A stretch of DNA of 64,000 bases from Pseudogymnoascus verrucosus (taxonomy: Eukaryota): the NCBI GenBank assembly GCA_001662655.1, contig KV460256.1; one strand, 5' to 3'. This document shows, piece after piece, positions 26,301 to 36,200 of the stretch (positions are counted from its first letter, which is position 1; each line of letters starts with the position of its first letter). The position numbers and the translations under genes were made by a program. The notes under the pieces are model-generated. The model worked only from the letters and a program-made list of their open reading frames with translations. It was not told where the DNA came from and ran no database searches.

Positions 26301-29300
26301 ATCTATGCTACTAGTAGACACTGTTAAAGTTATAGAGCAACGAACTTCCCCTATATAAAATACCCTTAAGACAGTTTAGTTGCTGCCTCTTTAAAACACT
26401 TGTTCTCTATTAATTCTAAGGAGGTATTCTAAAGACCCTCTAAATCGCTATAAGAAATCCACCATCTCTAAGAAGATTACGCCGCTTAGTAATAGGATAG
26501 AACATACCTTTATATAATAGAGCGCGTTCATTTAGGACTGCCTTATAGTTAATGAGGATTACTACCCTACTAACGTCTTAAGGAGAGCGTTAATATAGGG
26601 AACTACAACTAGCTTAGTAAAGAAGTACCTTAAACCCTAATACCTATCTATAACGCATAGGTTTTAGAGTGCTAACGAGATAATAGACTTACTAGGTTTA
26701 TATTACCTTACTAGTAATGAAACAGAATAGGCCTAGAACCTCTTTAACGACCTCTAAATAGGAGAGAAAGGATATATAAACAAGACTTTCTTAAAGTTTA
26801 AAGCTTGCTTCTAAAGTGTAGCTATTATAGGATAGGTTACTAAGTTAGAATAGTTTTAGTATATGTAGAACAAGTTGACCCCTTAATTCTGTAGCTACGT
26901 AGCAGTTATTAAAAGTTAATAGAAGGAAGACTACTATACTATAGTCTAAGAACTTACTACCTTTAATTAGGAGCAGCGCTAGAACAACAAGTTAAGCTTC
27001 CTGTCTAAGAGTAGCAAGTTGAGCTCTTAAGGACCTACCTACCTAAGCTTATCTAGGTTTACCCCTATTAACCCTAGAAAGGCCTAGCTACTAAGGTAGA
27101 TAAGAAGCCCTCTAGTTTCCTTCTAGAGGACTCCCTTTACGCCTATAGCCTCTAAGCTAGACATTATAGGCTACATGTAGACTACTATGCTAGCTACGTC
27201 TAGGAACTGTTTTAAGTACAGCAAGCTAGGCCATTTCTAGGACAAATGCCTACTTAACCCTACTGTTAAGGAGATTAACTATAAAGCCCTTAAGGACAAA
27301 GAGTAGTAGGAGGAAGTAGTCGCCTACTAGTTAGATGCATCCCTTAAGGAAAACGACAAGGCCTAGGGAAAGGCTCCTTCCTAGGTCTACGTAAATGTAA
27401 TCTATAAGGACTAGATTTACAAGAACTCTTAGGAGGCTCCTAATTTCTCGTTAATACAACCCTAAGTATAAACGGACTTAGGGTGTAAACGAAGTCACTT
27501 ATAGACATAAGAGTAAATGGCTACCTTGTTATTAATAAGCCTTTTACACAATAGTTGTTAAAAGCGCTTTAGAGCCCTATATAGAAACTGCCCTACTCTA
27601 TACCTATACATGGATTTTAGCGAAGTATCTAAAGCTACGTATTGTAGTATATTTAGTTACACTTAATAGTTAAAGGACGCTAAATATATAACTGCCCCTT
27701 TATGCTCCTAGATCTTAGAGCGTAGGATGTAATAATTAGGAAGAAGCTTTTTAGCTACTTCTAAATCCTACTCGACTCTATAAAGAGCTAGCTAGTATAG
27801 CTAAAGGAGTACCTGCCTACTCCTAGCTAGAGTAAAGAGATTACCTTACCCTACTACTTACGTAAACTGTCTATACGTTACCCTGCCTATTAATTAGATA
27901 CAAACTAGTAGGACGATGCCATTAACTATAACGACTAACGACATAAGGGTAAACGCTTAATACTAATGAAAGTGATAACAGCCTATTATAACGCCATTAT
28001 AATTACCCTACTAAGCTTAGTATAAGACGAGGGACCGACCTACCTACCCCCTAAAACCCTAACGCTATAGGCCTTGCCTATAGCAACCTATAAAGACGAA
28101 CCCTCTACGCGAGCTAAGGCAAATCCTCTAAGAAACGGACTATCTATATATGAAAGAAAGAACTATAGGAGGAGTAGAGTTGTCTCTCCCTCCTAACGCT
28201 AGACCCTATTATATAGCTTTACACTAGTCTAAATTTATAAGATTAGCGTAAACGCTTTCTACTATAAGATAATGCAAAGCGACTCTAAGTTCTTTACAAT
28301 AAGCATCTATAAGATTAACTAGATTATCTAGGAGAGGGAAGTAGCTAAGGATGAAGAAACGCTTTGCCTTATTTAGGACAAGCTTCTATATATGCACTAC
28401 AACTATTCTAATGTCTTTTTAAAGTTAGAATCTAATTAGCTTCCCCTACATCACATATACAATTACTAGATATAGCTAGAAGCCCCTTTACTAAACGCCT
28501 TCTTACTACTATACTAACAAAGCACTAAAGAGCTTAAGGCAACTAAGCAATACCTATTAGAGAACCTTAAGAAGGGCTTTATAGTTAATAGTAATAGCCT
28601 GTTTACCTCCCCTATACTGTTTGTAAAGAAGGTAGATAGTAAACTAAGATTTTGTATTAACTACTAGAAGTTAAACAGACTAACCTATAACGACCTCTAC
28701 CCTATCCTATATATTAACGAACTACTAGGATAGGTAGCAAAAGCAAAAATCTTCACGAAGCTAGACATTAGACAAGCCTTCTATCGTATATAAATAGACC
28801 CTAACTCTAAAGAGTACACGACCTTTTAGACTTAATATAGATCCTATAAATATAAAGTGCTGCCGTTTAGTCTAACGAACGGCCCTACAACCTATTAGAG
28901 GTATATGAACGACGTTCTTATATAATACTTAGACAACTTCTATACTGCCTACCTAGACAACATCCTAATCTACTCTAAGGACCCTATAGAATACATAGAC
29001 TACGTATATAAGGTCCTCTAACAGCTTTAAGAAGCAGGACTATAAGCTAACATTAAGAAATGTAAGTTTAACGTAACCTAGACAAAGTATTTAGGCTATA
29101 TCCTAACTACTACTAGTGTTGAAGCAGATCCTAAGAAGATTGAACCCCTCTAGAATTAGATCTAGCTAACAACTGTTATAGGCGTAAAGTCTTACCTTAG
29201 ATTCTATAGCTTCTAACGCTAATTTATTAGAAATTTTAGGAAAATAGCTAAGCCTCTCACTACTATCACTAGCCCCTTAGAACCGTTTCTATAGACTAAC

Positions 29301-31633
29301 GAATGTAAGAACGCTTTTAAAGAAATGTACTAACAGCTTTTAGCCATATAGGCGCTCTACTACTTTAACCCTAAATTGCCTACAAAGCTAGAAACAGACT
29401 CCTCTAACGGAGTCGTAGCTAGTGTTCTTTCTTAGGAACACCTAGATAAGCGATGGTATCCTATAAGCTTCTATAGTTACATCCTATCTAGGCAAGAGAT
29501 TAATTAGGAGATCTATAACAAGGAACTATTTGCTATTATAAAAGCGTTTGCAAAATAGAGGCTAGAATTAACATTAGTACGCTACTAAATCGACGTTTAC
29601 ACTAATTACTAATTACTAGAATACTTTATAACAACGAAGGTTCTTATAGTAAAGTAGGTTTAGTAGATAGAGCTACTCTCTAACTTCAACTTCTATATTA
29701 CATATATAGCTAGCAAGAACAATTAGAAGGTAGATATACTAAGCTAAAGAGAGCAAGACCTAATTACATAGTAGAAGGTTAAACTAGATAGCTATGTAAG
29801 GGTGCTTTTAGGCCTAGCCTAACTACACCCCTAAATTAGTGCTAAATTAGCACAAACGTACGTAGCCTTAATTAATGTAATAGACGCCTTAAACACCTAG
29901 GTCCCCTTTAACCTAATAGAAGCGCTCTACGTAGATAATAGGAGGTCGTTTACTAACACTTACATAAAGGACCCCCTACCTAATAGGTTTACAATAAAGG
30001 ACTAACTATTGTTATATAAGGGTTAACTATACGTAACCTAGCATACTAAGTTATGTACAAAACTTATATAGGAAGCACATAATTAAGTATTAGTAGCCTA
30101 CCCTAGTAGTAGAAAAACTTATTAGTTACTCGCCCTAAAGTATCATTAGGTTAGAATAGAAGCGGATTGTCTTTAATACGTACGTAATTACGTAACATAC
30201 TAACTTACTTACACTAACGTTACAAAGTAGTAAGGCTTCTTATACCCCCTACTAGTACTAGAATACCCTATACAATACCTAACGATAGACTTTAAGGAAT
30301 TCCTAAAGGATAAATACAGATTTAACAGCATCCTAGTGTTTATAGACTAACTTAGTAAGGGTTTAGTGTCTATACTGTGTTATAAGACCACTAACGCTTA
30401 CTAAATAGCGCAGCTATTCATTAAATGAATATATCGATTTAGACACACCCTAGAGTCAATCATTAGTAATTATAGACCCTAATTTATATCAGCTTTCTAG
30501 CGAGAGTTCTACTAAATTATAGGGGTTAAGATTAAGCTGTTAATAGCCTATCATAAGTAGACTAACGGGTAGATAGAAATCATAAATTAGTATATTAATT
30601 AGAGACTAAGGCCCTTCGTATTACATTACTAGGATAACTAGAGCAAGCTCATTCCTATTATAGATTAGGTGTAAATGACCCTTCCCTATACCTTAATTAG
30701 AATAACCCCCTACTAACTTAAGTACAGAACTAATCTACATACTAGTTAGGACTAGGAAACCCTAAAAGCCACAACCCCTAGGGAAGTTATAAACTAGAAG
30801 GAAGCTAAAGTAGTAGTAAACTGCATGTACTCTACCTAGACTTATGCAAAGGAGAACATAGCTAAAGCATAAGAGGATATGTCTAAATACATAGATCGAC
30901 GCTAACGAGCCATTAACTAGGATGTAGGGGACAAGGTTTACCTATCGACTAAGAATCTAAAAAATCACTACCCTAGCTATAAGTTAGGGCAACAATAGGT
31001 TAGACCCTATACAGTACTAGAACAAATCAGGCATGCCTTCTAACTAGACCTACTAAAGGGTTCTTAAATACATAATGTCTTCTCTCTAGACGTACTTATA
31101 AAGGCTCTAAATAACCTACTACCTAGTTAAGCAGCGCCTAAGCTAAGTAGCGAAGTTATAGATAGCCTAGAGGAGTAGGAGGTTAAAAAGATCCTCGCTA
31201 TAAGGATCTAGCGAAAACAACTTTAATACTAGGTATCCTAGGTTAGATACGATCTAGACCTAGAATAGTACCCCGCCTTAAACTTTAAGAACTCCCCCTA
31301 TAAAATCTAGGAGTTCTACATAGAGTACCTAAACCTACTAGGACTGCTGTAGGACCTACCTAGCTAGATTATAGAATAGGAGACAGGTAAACTAAGCTAC
31401 GATTATAAGAGGCATGGCAAAGTAGAGGAAAACAGCGTTGTTGCTACCTACGACACTAAACTAAACACCCTCTAAGCTAGGGCACCCTTAGAGCCATAGC
31501 CCTTATAGAAGCTACCCTTCCTAAACGTCTTACTAGCGTTATAACAAGCAGCTACTACTATAAGAGATGAAGGGTTAAAGTGACCCTATACAAAAGACTA
31601 CGCCTAAGTTCCCTCTAATATAGGGCCTATTAC

Positions 31634-32385
31634 CTAAGGTCGACGGTTACCCCCTCCTCCTCTACCTCTACTACCTCCTCTACCCCCCTCTTCCTCTTCT
31701 TCCCCCTACTACCGCCTACCTTTGCTGCTGTAGCAAGGGCGTTAGGGATCCTCTCTACTAACTCCCCTACTACATCTACTATAGAAGCTACCCTATTAAG
31801 GGCAGCGATCTCCTTCTCCTAGTTCACTAGGATTAGAGCTAATTTCTAGCCTACAACGGCTATAGCCTAGCGGACCTGCTATAGTCGTTAGCGTAAGAAC
31901 TAAAAACATATAAGGGACATAGAAAACTTACCTCTAGACTGTCCTTAACAGTAGCGTAGAGGGCGCAACTCTCTATATAGGCTAAAAGCTTAGCTAGGGA
32001 GCAGAACTTTAGCATATTAGCAGTAGCTAATGTAACTACACGCCTAATCTCTACTATAGCGGCCTTAATGGTAGTAGGGACAGGAGGGGTTGCTGCCTTA
32101 GTAGCTAGGAGCTTCTAGTACTCTAGGCTAGCAAACTAGGAGATCTATCTCTAGAGGTTAGCAACAGGTAAACAGACAAACCACAAAACTAAAAGCTAAA
32201 CGAGAACCTACTAGAACACACGTTACGTGTTAGGCTACATAGCGCTTATACTTAGAGCTTTCTAAGCTCTATATACATAAGATGGTGGGATCTCCGTCCT
32301 TCTTGCGCCCTTTAGCGCGCACGTAGTGCATATACTACTAGTAGAAAGCCATAGTAAGGGCGCTAGGAGGCGGGGGAACTAGCAT
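31634..32385 (-). pseudogene. Family B antisense accessory gene, allele 2 (six-Cys Zn-cluster-like; 2 introns; Gly/Arg/Glu-rich tail), RIPped
   Basis: ATG 32385. De-RIPped exon 1 reads approximately MPVPPPPGALAMAFHxxCMxCVRAKGRKKDGDPTIxCIxSxESSKCxRCVAQHVTCVP. Introns about 32211-32145 (GTAGGT..GCTAAC..TAG) and 31931-31879 (GTAAGT..GCTAAC..TAG). 3' end approximate. Confidence 0.65.
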
Positions 32386-33242
32386 CTTTAAATTAGAAAT
32401 CTACAATTTCCTATTAGCCTAACCTAAGTTATTACTACTACGCTAGCGCAGTTCCGTTACCTACTAAATCGTTAGTTGTGTTTTTATATCTAAAAACAAC
32501 CTATTAGCATCTAGCTATACTATTAGAAGGGCCACTTACTAGTCTTAGGAGGGGGGGTTAGCGTTGTTATTATAAAGAAAACAACAAGCTATAGGCGAAG
32601 CTCGAATTCATATTCTAGCTTATAATAAAGCTGTCTAAATCAGGTTAGCGCGAAATTTCCCCTTTACATTGAAATTCTACGTTAACATATACTACGTAGA
32701 CCCTATTTAATACTAATACAGACCCTCGTAACACTAATCGCCATATACATAATAAAGACGCAACTTTACGCAAACGGATTTAGACTACTTCTAGTGCCTA
32801 TATAGCTGCCTACCATTAGCTATCTAGACAAACAAAGGGCATTCTAGTCTTAGCGCCTATACCTTATCTACTAACCTAAATAAGGGCTCATTATAGCAGC
32901 TACTTAGCTAGCGTGCTTTAAGGACAAAGTACCTTCTTAAGGTAGAGGGTAGTGTAAGGATACCTCCTTACTTAGGGTAGTTATAGCCGTTACATAGCGC
33001 CATTAAGACTTAGCACTGTTATAGGTTAGTTGCAACTAACAGCCTTAGGCATATAACGTAAGGAAGCCTTAGGCAAACAGGGAGCTAGCTAAGTTAGAGC
33101 GGTTTTAGGTATTTTAAGGGAACAGCTATATAGGGTTACACCTTCATCTTTTTTATATCCTTTGTAGTAGACCTATAGGATTGCACTAACTACTATCTAA
33201 CTTATACTCCTATATGCAACCTCTTGTAATACAGTGCCCTAT

Positions 33243-36200
33243 TGTAACGCTAGGTCTTAAACTATAAGACTTACAGAGGTTTCGTTGCGTTGGTTTACTT
33301 AACAGAGGAGGTAGGGGATTAGACACAAAGGCTTTCGTAAAACACGTTATAGTATATAACAGAATACTATATTAAGTTGAGCACGAAGCTCCTATCTAAG
33401 AACTAACTACCTACTTATATAGAGGCGTCGTGCTAAAGGGGACTGTAAGGAACTGTAGGAACTGTAAGAGTTCTAGCAGTTCTCACGGTTCTATTACGTG
33501 AGTGCTATTCCGGTACCTATGCTGTTTCCGGTACCTGCAACTCCGGTACCTCCTAATTCCTAGGTGCCTGACTGTCTTCTAGTACCTGTAAACTTAGGTG
33601 CTAGACACTCATTAGGTGCCTAATAACTAACCCTGCCTTAAGGGCGGTCGAATCGCTAACATCCTCATTACTACTATATTCGGGGTGTCGGCGATAGTGC
33701 TGCCGAAAACCCTAGCTGTAACACTAGGTCCCTCCCTAAGAGGCCTAGTCCCTAGGACTTGCTAACTAAGAAAGTTGCTAACTACTTAAGTAGGGTGATG
33801 CCTACTACTATCCATGGGGCAGGTCAGGCTGCGACCATGTCTTCTTCCAAACATACTAAAATCAAAGAACGTCATCTCCTTACTCTCCGTGTTGCTACCA
33901 CTGGGGTCGAAATGTCCCTGTGTACTCGATGTGAACGTTGTGAAACGAAATGCGTCATGTCTGGCGATTCTAGACGATGCGCTAAATGCATAAAATCAAA
34001 CGTTAAGTGTGACGCCGCTGGTCCTTCTCTTGGAGATTGGGAACGCCTCTAGCGTGAAGAGGAACGCTTGTCGCGAGAGATGGAGCTCGCCATTTCCTAG
34101 GCCTAAGAGGCTATGGCGAAGCAGCTCTAAGTCTCTAAGTAACAACGTCTGTTGAAGAGTCGTAGGGGGGAGATGTTGCGCCGTGGGCTTCGGACACTCG
34201 ATGAGCTAGAAGAAGCTGAAGCAAGTGAACGCGCGGCCCTGGCAAGAGCAGCTCGCCTACCTGCCTCTCCGCCTACTACAAATCCTGAGGCCCCTGACCC
34301 TAAACTGGATTTCTCAACCTTCGATCATGCGGCCTTGTCGCCGTTGTACTGGCCGAATTAGAGTGTCGACGGCAGAACTCCGCTAACAACTCTAGGCAGC
34401 TGAGATTCCTTCTCGACTCCCACGAGTTGTCCGTAGGTTCGTAATCTTTCCATTTAATTAAAAACTCTTCTCGGCGTCCTACTAACCTTCTGTCTAGGAT
34501 CGCCTCAACCTCATATTCGATAATCTCATTTTCGGGTTAAAGTTCGGTATCTGTCGCAATTGGGGCATCCCCTCTTGCTAGTTCTAATAATGAGACATAA
34601 AACACTAGATAGAGTTTGGAGTTCTTAGGTAGCTGCAGCTTGTAATTAACTGAGCTAACTTTCTCTAATATCTTGAATGGTCCCAATTTCTTGAAGTCTA
34701 ACTTCGTGCTTAGTCGTTTCGTTTTAATGTGTTTCTAGAGTAGGTATACTTTATCCCCCTCCTTAAAGGCAGGTTCCATACTGCGCTTCCTGTTTGCGTA
34801 TGTAGCGGATCGTTCATTTAAGAACTAGATGTCCGTCGCTAGTTGTTTCTAGAAGGAAAGTATCTTTAATACTTCTAACGTTCCTTCCTCAGAGCGAAAT
34901 TTATCTGGTCTTGGCGTCTTATACGCCTCTAGTTGCCATCCGTTGTTGGCAAAGAATGGTGAGACTTTTGTTACCTCTAACGGTGACGAATTATATGCGA
35001 ACTCTGCTAAATGTAGGTACTAAACCCAATTATCCTGTTTAGCGTTAACATAGCTCTGCAAGTATGCTTCTAACGTCTAGTTGGTTCGTTCTGTCTGTCT
35101 ATCCGTTTGTAGATAAAAAGCTGTAGACAGCTTATAGTTTGTTCCGAGCTGCGCCATAACTGTCTGCTAGAATTTGGATGTAAAGAGCTTGTCTCGATCC
35201 GAAATTATCTCGTCTGGTAGTCTATGCGCTGCGACGATGACTTTTAGAAAGATATATGCTAACGCCTTCACGTCTAACGCTTCTTTAAACGGCGTGAAGT
35301 GTGCTTCCTTCGTAAGTCGGCAGTTAGAGACCATAATAGAGTCTGCCACAAACTCTGTCATTGGTTCTTTCGATAATGGCAACTTAACAATGAAGTCAAT
35401 TGCTATCGAGGACCATGCTCGTTTTGGTGTTAGTGGGGACTTTAAAAGTCCGTATGGTGCGTGTCTATTTGCTTTTGACTTCTAGCAAATGTTGCATCCC
35501 AACACAATTGTTTCTACCTACTTCCTTAGACCTGGGAAGTAGTAGTGTCGTGCAATTCGTTCGAAGGTTCGTGTTACTCCCTAGTGACCGTGTGCTGGTA
35601 ACGAGTGTTGTTCTTGCACCAGCGGGCGTCTCATTTGACTTAGGACATACACTAATCCTTTAAATCGGATCAGCCCTTGTTCGTCGATAAAGAAGTTCCC
35701 TTCGACTTTGTTTAAGGTTCGCTTCGCTATTTCGTCTGTTGCGTAAGCGTTCTTGAGTCTCTGCTTAAGTTCTGTGTCTTCTACGATGGCGATCGTGGCT
35801 AGTAGTTCGTTGTATTGCATTCCTACGTCTGTCTTCTTTAATATTGCTCTAGGCCTTTCTTCCTTCGGGCCGATGTAGTCGGTCCTTCTGCTAAGAGCAT
35901 CTGCTCTTGCATTCTTAGAGCCTTTGCGATAGGTTATCGTGAAGTTGTAGGCTGCGAGGGTTTCTGCCTAGCGGACTTGTCTGCAGTTCAAAACCTTAGT
36001 CGTGGTGAAGTATATAAGGTTCTTGTGATCTGTCCATACTTGCATAGTGTAGGTGGATCCCTTAAGGTATACGCGCCACTGCTCAAAGGCAACGACAATA
36101 GCCAGTAGCTCCTTGTCGTGGATGTTATAGTTAAGCTCCGCGGGTGACAGTTTCCTAGAGTAGTATGCAATTAGTTTGAACTTACCGTTCTCGTCTAGTT

